A DNA stretch of 43,586 nucleotides from Octopus bimaculoides (taxonomy: Eukaryota). Where the stretch lies: positions 58,777,040 to 58,820,625 of the forward strand of contig NC_068981.1 of the NCBI RefSeq assembly GCF_001194135.2. Reading direction: 5' to 3'. Positions 11,671 to 21,827 of this stretch are shown here, in pieces (position 1 is the stretch's first letter; each line of letters opens with the position of its first letter). Under the pieces are notes generated by a model. The model did no database searches and was not told where the DNA came from. It saw only the letters and a program-made list of their open reading frames with translations. The translations under genes were made by a program, and so were the position numbers.

Positions 11671-13487
11671 ATGTACATCTGCAATTTTGTGTGTATGCGT
11701 ATATCGTGTGTTAGTGCGTGTGTAAGTATGTCTGTCTGTACGCAAGTGTACGTGCACGCGTACCTGTGTATATACACACATACATACACGTATTTAAAAC
11801 AAAAATGAACCAAGAGAAATAACTCAGGTTAGCCAGTGGCATAAAGACGAATAAAGGTACATTAAATATCATACAAGGTAAATTCTTGATTTATTCAAAT
11901 TATTTTCGTTTTGAAAGGAAAGTAAATAAACGTCTAATAGCATTTGCGACAGACTCAGAATCAGTAGGGGAAATAATCTTAAGAACGAAGAATTCTTCGC
12001 AACTGACGTACTAGTGAGGAAAAGACTTCGTTTCTGCCTCAATAGGCGTTATCAGCACAGTTGTATTACTATGGCTCTAACAGACTTAAACGTAGACATG
12101 TACAAAAAGAGTACACACACACACACACACACACCAGCATTGCGAAAGCAAAACCTAAAACAAATATCTTGATGTATTTCTGTTTGACAGAGTTATCTCC
12201 CCTTACAAGAGTATTCACTGCGTTTCGCTGCTAACACGATCTCTATATCTCATATTGATTCTTTCTCACCCCAAGCGTATAAATCTTCCGCCTTTTATTT
12301 TACGAGATCAATTAAATAAGTACAAGACAAAATAATAGGATCGACGTACTCTTGTACTCTTGTAGACGACACCTTATCATAGCAGCTGTCCAATGACTGA
12401 AACTAGCTAAAGAATAAAAGAATGGTATATCATGCTAAGTGATTTTTCAGTAAAAATCTAAGGCCAAGTTTCAGTTCCCTTGCTAATTCAGTTGGAGAAC
12501 GCATGGATGTCATACCTTTCTTCTACTTGCCCATACAACGATAACCAGTTAAAAAGAAGAATTATTGGGTTGGCTTCGTAGCTACTTGAAGAAATCAAAC
12601 GTAAAGTAACCTCGTAACATTACGTTTATCATTCAGACATAATGTGTCTACAAGGACATTATCCAAGATAGTAGGGGGTGGTGGTGATTTGAGTTACTCG
12701 TTTCTAGCAGGTCTATAAACCATTTAAAGCTGGGTTTGTAATTGGGAGTATCTATACCCCTTACAGGCAGGGTCATCTTAACAGTATTATAAACCCCTGA
12801 GCAAAGTAACTCATTAGGATCGATGGTATTCAATAATTGACAGCTTTCATTCTATCCTAATAGAGCGATACAGTCGTTGCTTTTGATGATTGTTCTACTC
12901 AGTAAAGGCTGACCTGTAACTAAGTAACAACAACAAAAGCCGGTCAAAATTCTCCACCAGAAGTATGGATTCTTTTTATAGAAGAGCCACTGATATCGAA
13001 ATAGTTCCGGATTTAGAAAGAATACACTTAGATTAAAGCAAACCCGACCTCAGTGTGATTTATATTCTCAATGTAAAGGGACGTAACTAAATACTGACAG
13101 ATTTTATCGTCGCTCAACCAATTTTGCTAAACTGCTCTAGTTTTTGTTAAGTTTAATCATCACATCAGCTATATGAGAGATACAGAGGATGCAATGATAG
13201 CTAAACCAACAAATGGACAGACAGATATATATAGAGAGAAAGGGAAAGAGAGAGAGAGAGAAATAGTGAAAAAGGGAGGGAGTATGGGTGTGTGCATGAG
13301 AGAGAGAGAGAGAGAGTGAGAGAGAAAGAAAGATGAATCATAAGATCAATAACAGGAGAGATGTATTTAATAATCTTATTAAATTATTTATTGTCGCTCG
13401 AATTCGTTGTAACTGAAGCTTTTACTCTTTCATTTAAGCAGAAACATTTTACTTTAATTCGAGATAATCTGTTTTATTCATTCTCTT

Positions 13488-13874
13488 ATTGTTGTTGCCA
13501 CTCCGTCGCTTACGACGTCGAGGGTTTCAGTTGATCCGATCAACAGAACAGCCTGTTCGTGAAATTAACGTGCAAGTGGCTGAGCACTCCACAGACACGT
13601 GTACCCTTAACGTAGTTCTCGGGGGTATTCAGCGTGACACAGTGTGACAAGGCTGGCCCTTCGAATTACAGGTACGACAGAAACAGGAAGCAAGAGTGAG
13701 AGAAAGTTGTGGTGAAAGAGTACAGCAGGGTTCACCACCATCCCCTGCCGGAGCCTCGTGGAGCTTTAGGTGTTTTCGCTCAATAAACACTCACAACGCT
13801 CGGTCTGGGAATCGAAACCGCGATCCTATGACAGCAAGTCCGCTGCCCTAACCACTGGGCCATTGCGCCTCCAC
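13488..13874 (-). mobile_element. tRNA-derived SINE family B
   Basis: Minus strand head GGAGGCGCAATGGCCCAGTGGTTAGGGCAGCGGACT...GGTTTCGATTCC (A/B boxes), ends in a CAACAACAATAA tail, CpG-rich. Confidence 0.8.
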
Positions 13875-14294
13875 TCATTCTCTTATACCCATTCGAATAG
13901 CTATATCCATACACGCATAAGGTCAGATTCATTAAATTTTGTACACCCAAGAGTAAGCACAAATAGTCCAGTGGATAGGGCAGCAATCAACCATGAGGTC
14001 AGTGGTTTCTATAATGCCATTCACCAGCTCTGAGCTGTGTCCACGATCAAGACACTTAACTCTGGAATGATCCAGCCCAGTGCTTTACAAATAGGTAAAA
14101 CGATGTAGCAGATTGTGCGAAGCCATTACGTAATCACACAATGTGTTAGAAATACCAGCCAAAACTTCTTCAAATCACAGCCTGCTGTCTTAAAGCAAGG
14201 ACACATTGCATCTTAGGGCTGTTGCAGCTGGAATGCATTTGATTATAAATCTTCTCTGTTAGCGTAAACAAAAGCCCCCCCCCCCACTACCAAC

Positions 14295-14969
14295 NNNNNN
14301 NNNNNNNNNNNNNNNNNNNNNNNNNNNNNNNNNNNNNNNNNNNNNNNNNNNNNNNNNNNNNNNNNNNNNNNNNNNNNNNNNNNNNNNNNNNNNNNNNNNN
14401 NNNNNNNNNNNNNNNNNNNNNNNNNNNNNNNNNNNNNNNNNNNNNNNNNNNNNNNNNNNNNNNNNNNNNNNNNNNNNNNNNNNNNNNNNNNNNNNNNNNN
14501 NNNNNNNNNNNNNNNNNNNNNNNNNNNNNNNNNNNNNNNNNNNNNNNNNNNNNNNNNNNNNNNNNNNNNNNNNNNNNNNNNNNNNNNNNNNNNNNNNNNN
14601 NNNNNNNNNNNNNNNNNNNNNNNNNNNNNNNNNNNNNNNNNNNNNNNNNNNNNNNNNNNNNNNNNNNNNNNNNNNNNNNNNNNNNNNNNNNNNNNNNNNN
14701 NNNNNNNNNNNNNNNNNNNNNNNNNNNNNNNNNNNNNNNNNNNNNNNNNNNNNNNNNNNNNNNNNNNNNNNNNNNNNNNNNNNNNNNNNNNNNNNNNNNN
14801 NNNNNNNNNNNNNNNNNNNNNNNNNNNNNNNNNNNNNNNNNNNNNNNNNNNNNNNNNNNNNNNNNNNNNNNNNNNNNNNNNNNNNNNNNNNNNNNNNNNN
14901 NNNNNNNNNNNNNNNNNNNNNNNNNNNNNNNNNNNNNNNNNNNNNNNNNNNNNNNNNNNNNNNNNNNNN

Positions 14970-14970
<1 letters not shown>
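14295..14970. other. Assembly gap (676 N)
   Basis: Run of N adjoining (TA)n. Confidence 1.
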
Positions 14971-15014
<44 letters not shown>

Positions 15015-15469
15015 ATACGCACCAACACAAATATACACGCATAAATATATGTGCGTATATTTGTGTATGTGTATATCTATGTGTGTTCCACCGTTTGACA
15101 AGCAGTGTTTTTGCTCGAGTTCCAATATCTTAACAGTTCAGGGTAAGAAATGACCCATAGAACAAGCACCAGACTTAAGAATGTACTTGGTGGGTCGATT
15201 TGATCGACTAGGCTCTTCAAAGCCACAGTCAAATGACAGAAACATAAATGAATGTTCGTATAGCTTTAACAGTATTTGTGGATCTTTCGTAGGTCTCCAT
15301 AGGCATTAATTCATTACTAATTATTGGTAAAGTTTGGAGAAGAGTTTCCGACGTTTCGGATAAAATCCTTCTTCTAGGAAAGAGAGCTTTTGGATACAAT
15401 AGAGAACAACATAATAGTTGTGCAAGTGTAGAAGGGAAGTAATTGAAGAGACAAAAATGTTTGTGGAAA

Positions 15470-15494
15470 GAGAGAGAGAGAAGAGGGAGGAGAG

Positions 15495-15528
<34 letters not shown>

Positions 15529-15600
15529 AGGAGAAGGAGAGCGAGAGAGAGAGATACGAGGATAGACAGAGACAGAGGGGACATTTGAGAGAGAATGATG
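15470..15600. repeat. (GA)n-rich low-complexity tract
   Basis: Direct reading. Confidence 0.9.
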
Positions 15601-15835
15601 AAAATAAAATAAGAGGGATAAGGGAGTCGAGTGTTAGAGCAGGGAAGAAATGGTCAGTTTTAAGAAGCCGAGACGTTTTCCTTTTGGTTAGTGATTGCAA
15701 TAGGAGGTTTGTTAGTAGCAGTAGTCAACTAGGCTTCTGAATGTGTGTGTGTATGTGTAGACATGGCCTGGGTCAATCTTTGGTCGAAACATATGTAACT
15801 TATTTAAGTTACATATATATATATATATATATATG

Positions 15836-16634
15836 AAGTAAAGCCGCTTCGCACAGATTGAACTCGGTTGTGCATACGCACTAAGTTTTACTGTTCTAAC
15901 TCTCTTCCGCTGTTTATATCAGTGCTTAGAAGAAGGTGTGTTACATGTGATCGTCGCATTGACCATGACAGAGAAAGTGGAGCAGAGAATCTGCATCAAA
16001 TTTTGCCAAAAGCTTGGCGAGGCCTACGCAATGTTTTCAAAAAGTTTCCATCGATCTCGACAAAATCAAAGAGATTTTGTGCAATTAAAACCCGACTGTC
16101 TTTTTAGTCAGATAAAAGCAGTTTTGGCACAAAATTGGCAGACACGCTTCTCATACGCAAATCTTCAGTGATAATGGATTGAACTGAACCGTAACTAATC
16201 TGCACATTCTCTGATAACTCACGGATGGTGATTCGATGATTTCCCCTCACAGCTTCACGCACATCTGCGATGTTTTCCTCAATTCCGCAGCTTGTGAGTC
16301 TCCCAGAACGTTCGACAGTATCGACATTTTTTCGGCCATCTTGGAAACGTCTGAACCACTCGTATACTTGTGTGCGGCTCATATATTCCTCTCCATATAC
16401 TTTCTGCAACTTTGCGTAGGCCTCTGAGCAGGTATCGCCGTTACAACTTTCTCTGTCATGGTCAATGCGACGATCACACGCTGTACACCGTACTTCCAAG
16501 CACTGCTGTAAACAGCGGAAGTGAGCTAGAACATTAAAACTTAGCGCGCATACACAGCAGAGTTCAAGATCAATTTGTGCCAAGCAGCTGCACTCTGCGT
16601 GCTTTAGCTTCGTTACTATGGCAACAGTCCTCGT
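15836..16634 (-). mobile_element. Mariner transposase relic (minus, ~16030-16634) joined to an inverted partial left end (plus, ~15836-16032)
   Basis: Minus: EAYAKLQKVYGEEYMSRTQVYEWFRRFQDGR..ERSGR, RITIRELS, FVPKLL, ..DGNFLKT, with a TIR-like ACGAGGACTGT end at 16634. Plus: MTEKVEQRICIKFCQKLG. Confidence 0.85.
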
Positions 16635-16661
16635 TACACACATATCTATATTTACATCATG

Positions 16662-16663
<2 letters not shown>

Positions 16664-16697
<34 letters not shown>
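16664..16697. repeat. (CA)n microsatellite
   Basis: Direct reading. Confidence 0.95.
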
Positions 16698-16701
<4 letters not shown>

Positions 16702-16899
16702 AAAATGAAAAATATGATTCTCAGTTCGTATGTTCTTACTTGCGCGCACGCACACACAATAATGCCCTAATGCAGTACCATGCACTGTCTCTCATGGCTT
16801 CTGATTTTAACTGATTGGAAGTATTATCATGTACATGTTTTGTCTTGGTATAAAAGATGGGCTACAGAACATATCTGAAATAAACTCGACTGCTCTCAC

Positions 16900-17146
16900 A
16901 AACGAGAATATTGAAAATGAACCCGATCGCTCTCAAAAATTAAATTAAAAATCCAGAAGAATAATCCAGAATCCTTATCCAGTACCGGATCGATCCTAAA
17001 ATCTAATCAGTTTATGCCAGTTATGAGGCCAAACATCCCTGAAAATTTCATCAGAATCTATGCAGCAGTTTTTGAGATATTTGGTTCACGGACAAACAAA
17101 CAAATGCAACTGAAACAATACCTCCGCCTTCGCTAAGGCGGAGGTA
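16900..17146 (+). mobile_element. Putative non-autonomous Helitron/Helentron-like element 3' end
   Basis: Ends in a perfect 12-bp stem TACCTCCGCCTT-cgct-AAGGCGGAGGTA (17119-17146), preceded by an ACAAACAAAC tract. Family assignment is from memory of similar elements. Confidence 0.4.
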
Positions 17147-17156
17147 ATAATAATAA

Positions 17157-17370
17157 CCCTCTCTATAATAGGCACAAGGCCTGAAATTTGTGGGGAGGGG
17201 ATAAATTGATTACATCGACCCCAGTACGCAACTGGTACTTAATTTATCGACCCCAAAAGATGAAAAGCAAAGCCGACCTCAGCAGAATTTGAACTGAGAA
17301 CGTAAAAACGGACGAAATACCGCTAAGCATTTTGCCCGGCGTGTTAACGATTCTGCTAGCTCGCCACCTT
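17157..17370 (-). mobile_element. SINE family A copy
   Basis: Homologous to 5139-5344, CpG-rich. Confidence 0.8.
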
Positions 17371-17372
17371 AG

Positions 17373-17585
17373 CCTTTCTACTCTAGGCACAAGGCCTGAA
17401 ATTTTGAGGGAGGAGACTAGTCGATTACATCGACCCCACTGTTTCACTGGTACTTAATTTATCGACCCCGAAAGGATGAAAAACAAAGTCGACCTCGGTG
17501 GAATTTGATTTCGGAACGTAGAGGCAGATGAAATAACGCTAAGGATTTCGCCCGGCATGCTAGCGATTCTACTAGCCCGACGCCT
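17373..17585 (-). mobile_element. SINE family A copy (tandem with previous)
   Basis: Homologous to 5139-5344, followed by a long (TAA)n. Confidence 0.8.
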
Positions 17586-17586
17586 C

Positions 17587-17632
<46 letters not shown>

Positions 17633-17634
17633 TC

Positions 17635-17703
<69 letters not shown>
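17587..17703. repeat. (TAA)n microsatellite
   Basis: Direct reading. Confidence 0.98.
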
Positions 17704-17705
<2 letters not shown>

Positions 17706-17999
17706 GATGCAGTACCAGGCAGTGGCTCTCAGCGGGGACATTTTATGGAGCGTAGTATATCAAGAACTGCGTTGTATCTTTTCCTTTGTTAAGGTAGAAT
17801 GATATGACGGAGATTTGGATGCTATTTTTAGAAAGTCGTTGCTATTTTGATGTTTTTCTTCCGTATTCTCTTCATAATTTAAGTGGTGTTTGTAACAGGG
17901 GATGTAACTCTACACTAGAAAACCGGAGTGAGAAGGTCACCCTCTTAAAAAACGAAATTTTTATTATCAAGATATTTACAACGTAATGGTAAATAGGCT

Positions 18000-18018
18000 G
18001 CTGCTACTGCTGCTGCTG

Positions 18019-18072
<54 letters not shown>

Positions 18073-18073
18073 T
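18000..18073. repeat. (CTG)n/(CTA)n microsatellite
   Basis: Direct reading. Confidence 0.95.
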
Positions 18074-18399
18074 GGAATTGAAACTCGCATTGTTGACCTG
18101 CAGAAAAGTATCATCCTATATTCTGCAAGAATTTTAAGAAAGATTTTTTAAATTTGAGGAGACTTGTTGCTAAACCTCAAGATAAAATACCTGCTAACTA
18201 AAGTAGCTGGCACAAGCGAAATAATAATTATAATAATTATTTCTACTATAGGCCTGAATAGTTCACAAAACATTTGGGATGGTATTGGACGATACAACAT
18301 GGGATATAGCATGCGTGGGGGAAAAAATGACAGTAGCAAAGAAAAAATAAATTACAAACAATGAATAATCTCCAAAAGAAGGAGATCTTCAAGTGTTAC

Positions 18400-20300
18400 T
18401 AGTGGAAATTCCTTAAAAGCACGGTCACCCTGACCACGAATGCAAATTTCCTCTTCTAGTTGTCCTCCTCTAATCTACAGGCACATGCTCAATGCAGGTC
18501 TGTTCACTCGGATCATGCTCACCGCTTCCATTCACCTTTCACGAAATTTGGTGCAAGTCAACAATTCTCTTTTCACTTTCACTTTCCTTTTAAAGTGAAA
18601 CTTGAGAAAAAGTCGATGACGGCTTGGCTAAAGAGTAAGGTATCTGTCTTCAATTCTTTCAATCTCGTCCGCCATACTTCTTTCGCCAAACTCACCAAAC
18701 AAATAAGGACTACATGTTCTTTTTGTTTAAATGAAGGATACTGGACAATCTTCACAATGGATTCAGCCAATAGCTAGATCCTTCCCACACTCGACTGCAA
18801 ATTTTTAAAATATTTCCACAAGACGGACACTGGACGAGTGCATGCAGAACGGTTTTGTCGGTCGGCGCATGTCATCTCGAACAGGTACTCCACCAGTAGT
18901 ACCGTCAGGCCAAGGCTTTCTGGAAATCATTCATGAGCCCCTGTCCGAAAATTCTCCGGAACAAACCAACCAACCAGGTAATTTCTATTGACGTCCAGAG
19001 TATTTCTGAGAACATTGTTGTTTTTGATCGCCACTAATCATCTATAGAACGCTAACGTAGAACTTTCACCGAACGCATTGTCCAACAGGTAGAGCTCAAC
19101 TGATAGAGCTCGACTGGTGGAGCCCGACTGGCTATGAGCGCTTGATGACATTCTGAATGCCGAGAGCCCTGTCTCGGTCTTTGCTTGACCCCAAAACTGC
19201 AGTTCAATCAAAAATAGGAGCGGTGGAAAAACGAATATGACAAACGGATCAGCCACGGTATGCCCAGTCTTCCGCTCAACAAATATTGATTGCAAATGGA
19301 GCGCCTTCAGTGGCCAGTGGAACAGTAGAACATGTCCCTTCTACAAAAAGCAAAACAGAATAGCAGACACTCTAGTATGGTCAGACGTGAACTGAAGCGA
19401 GGTACGAAGATTAGACGGTTAATAGATGACAGAAATAAAGTAGGCGTTCGCTATCTCTACCTTTCAGAGATAGCATTTTCTCGGCCCATTTTTGTGTGAG
19501 ACTAGCCATCTTGATCTCTCGTTTCTGCAGTAGCGACTCAAGAGTTAGTACATGCAGAAGATACGAGAGGGATTAACTTTAACGGGCCGAGTGCATGATA
19601 TTGAATTGTTCCGATAGTTGACCATTCACCCAAATCACCGAGCTGATGTTGCTGTTCACTGCAGTGGTCCAACCCCAGAAGAGGAATTAAAATCAATTGT
19701 CGTTAGCCGCCAAGCGTTGATTGTTGACCCTATTAAAAGTTTCCGATTGATCGAAGTTGATCAGAACCGCATTCGTGCAAGGCTCCTTGCACCCACTCCA
19801 CTCCTATGATGTATAATACGAGTTAGAGGTTTTTGTGATTAGATCTGTTCGGGATTGCACATATTTGCTACCGACAAATGCCAACTTCTTCGCTAACACT
19901 TTGGACAAAACCTTGAAATCTGCGCATAGCAGAGTTATGGACTGAAAATTATCAATGTGGTCTCCCTTGTCGGAGTTCTTTTTCAGTACACAAACGTGCC
20001 TCTATTTAGAGAATTGGGGATTTTCCTATTCGGCTCTCAATTGCAGTAGATGTCTACCAAGAGGTCACTACCGTAAAGCTCGTAGGATAGATCATCCAAA
20101 CCAAATGGTTTTGCTCCTTGTGCAACCAGCCATCGCTTCCCGAATTTCTGTGACTGTCGTCGGCTTTTCGCAACACTCCGTCTCCCTTTCCGAGAATTGC
20201 AGAAAAAAAAAATTAAGAATATTAAGACACTGCAGTGCATTCTTGTTTTGGTGACGACGAGGTGGTTATGGACCCTGCATTTTATTGTTTGGCGTAAAAT
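18400..20300 (-). mobile_element. Tx1/L1-clade LINE ORF2 relic
   Basis: Minus-strand fragments: LSERETECCEKP..EIREAMAGC, GLDDLSYELY, DNFQSITLLCADFKVLSKVLA, QICAIPNRS, VLINFDQSETFNRV, VNGQLSEQF, LSLKGR, LGIPWL, zinc finger CSR*..KTVLHALVQCP, C-terminal LAKEVWRTRLK. Confidence 0.85.
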
Positions 20301-20479
20301 GCCTGACAAATTAGAGTGATTAGCTCTTGCTATACATCTTGAAAATCTAATCATCCTTAAGAAAGCTTTCTAGCAAAAGTGGTCAATCTGAAGTGAAGAT
20401 AATGTGTGATGAATGGAAAAATGTTCCACCACTAAACATGAATGGCACTCAGCTAAATCCTCACAGTCATTTCAAATGA

Positions 20480-21050
20480 TGTGCCTCACTAACATTAAGG
20501 ATCATTCCCGACGAAATCACATCCTTAGCATTGTTAGGACCTCATCCCGAAAACTGGTCCTTCACTTCTGGGTCAGAAAATATTTCGCTCCCAAACAACA
20601 ACTGACACTGTATAAGGCTCAAGTGAAGACTTCAAGGAATACTGTTCCTACATCTGGGACGATGCTGTCACTACACACGCAGACATCCTGAATGGCCACT
20701 CTACTGTTAGCATATACTCACTAACCGACACGCTGTCTTTTTCGTTTTTCCTATTGATAATATAACAGTTGTTGTTTCTCGGAGCTGGGAGACCTTGTAC
20801 TTTCACCATTTAGGTACTCTCGGCCCTGTCGTTTCGCCAGCTCTCGTCACCTGTATTGCATCTGACTTCTCCGTCCTACTCACCAATCACTCTATCCCGT
20901 CCTTCCTCCCCAGAGCATCGATCCTCTAGAATATTTTCTCAGGTCTTGTCTTTCCTGCAAGTGTTGACCTGCAACAGTCTAAATAGAATATTAACGAAAT
21001 CAATCTCGCCGGTCTCGAATGGTATGCGAAAGTTATGAACACTATCACTT
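20480..21050 (+). mobile_element. 3' fragment of a CR1-group (Zenon-like) LINE
   Basis: HILSIVRTSSRKL..RKYFAPKQQLTLYKAQV followed after a frameshift by EYCSYIWDDA and Y**YNSCCFSEL, the typical post-RT motifs LYKAQVRPxMEYCSHxW and FYRYYNGxCSxEL. Confidence 0.65.
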
Positions 21051-21559
21051 AATTGAGACTCATACAATTAAAGAAAAAGACCAAGATGAAAGGATAAAAC
21101 AAAAACAGCGAAGTACTTTATTGATTCGAACAAAGTAAACTAATCCGTTTTCAACAATATCGATTTGAGTGACAAATATCAATAATTAGTTATTTCAAAT
21201 AAGCTGGTATCTTACTATCATACTTTTGTTATGTACAAGCGTTTGTTCATAGATTTCTTTCTTGGCCAGTAGACTGGTTTTATACGTTTGATACAAAGTC
21301 TACTAGTATACTTAATCACATACACATTTCGTCACTGAAAACAACAATTTTCAAAATTGCTAAGTCATATCATGTACGTATCTCATAACACAATTACGTG
21401 TGCAGAGATATACATTTCGTTCATAAATTTAAAAAATAATAAAAATCCTAAAGAGTTTCTGCAGGTATTAACGAAAAATAATATATAAACAAGTAAAAGT
21501 TGATCTATAAGGCCTGTTCTGTGTTCGATAAGCTAGTTAGGCAGAGCAAGAATCTATAT

Positions 21560-21760
21560 AATGTAATACGATGACTCCTGCAGCGGTCTCGCCCACACCA
21601 TATTGAAAAGATCTTCCTGCTTCATTCAGCTGTAATAAAGCCTCGACATCAATACGACGACTACGACGCACCGTTTACATCGATCTCTTACGTTATTTGT
21701 TTGCGACACACTCAAGCACACGCAGCGCTATAGACAATGGCCCAAAGCGAAGACGAACAC
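21560..21760 (+). promoter_or_regulatory. CpG-enriched putative promoter/5'UTR of DESI1
   Basis: Local cluster of CG dinucleotides (e.g. TACGACGACTACGACGCACCG) just upstream of the ATG in an otherwise AT-rich region. The TSS cannot be determined. Confidence 0.5.
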
Positions 21761-21827
21761 AAAGTTGAAGTCTACATTTATGATTTATCCAAAGGAATGG
21801 CCACAGCTCTTTCAATGCCTTTATTAG
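21737..21827 (+). CDS. DESI1: DESI1 coding exon 1 ([31 protein letters not shown], ends phase 1)
   Basis: ATG at 21737, YxYDLSxG motif, donor AG|GTAAGT at 21828. Confidence 0.93.

Noticed and set aside
10714-12345. 17-nt repeat AAAATAATAGGATCGAC at 10714 and 12329
   Set aside because: Short and partly low-complexity, with no extension or TSD. Probably a shared repeat fragment.
13800-13874. tRNA gene
   Set aside because: Has A/B boxes but continues into a SINE body and tail, and no complete cloverleaf could be formed
14243-15125. Long ORFs in the track
   Set aside because: Artefacts of the N gap and (TA)n. The same applies to the N-spanning ORFs at 6625-7491, apart from their short Gypsy RT flanks.
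18460-18777. Plus-strand ORF with an SDH motif read as a LINE AP-endonuclease
   Set aside because: The minus strand gives a continuous, much better Tx1/L1 ORF2 match across 18400-20300. The plus-strand resemblance is coincidental.
21480-21700. Possible head-to-head gene on the minus strand sharing the DESI1 promoter
   Set aside because: The open stretch (VRRSRRIDVEALLQLNEAG...) has no ATG or recognisable homology, and the ATG frame stops after 7 codons
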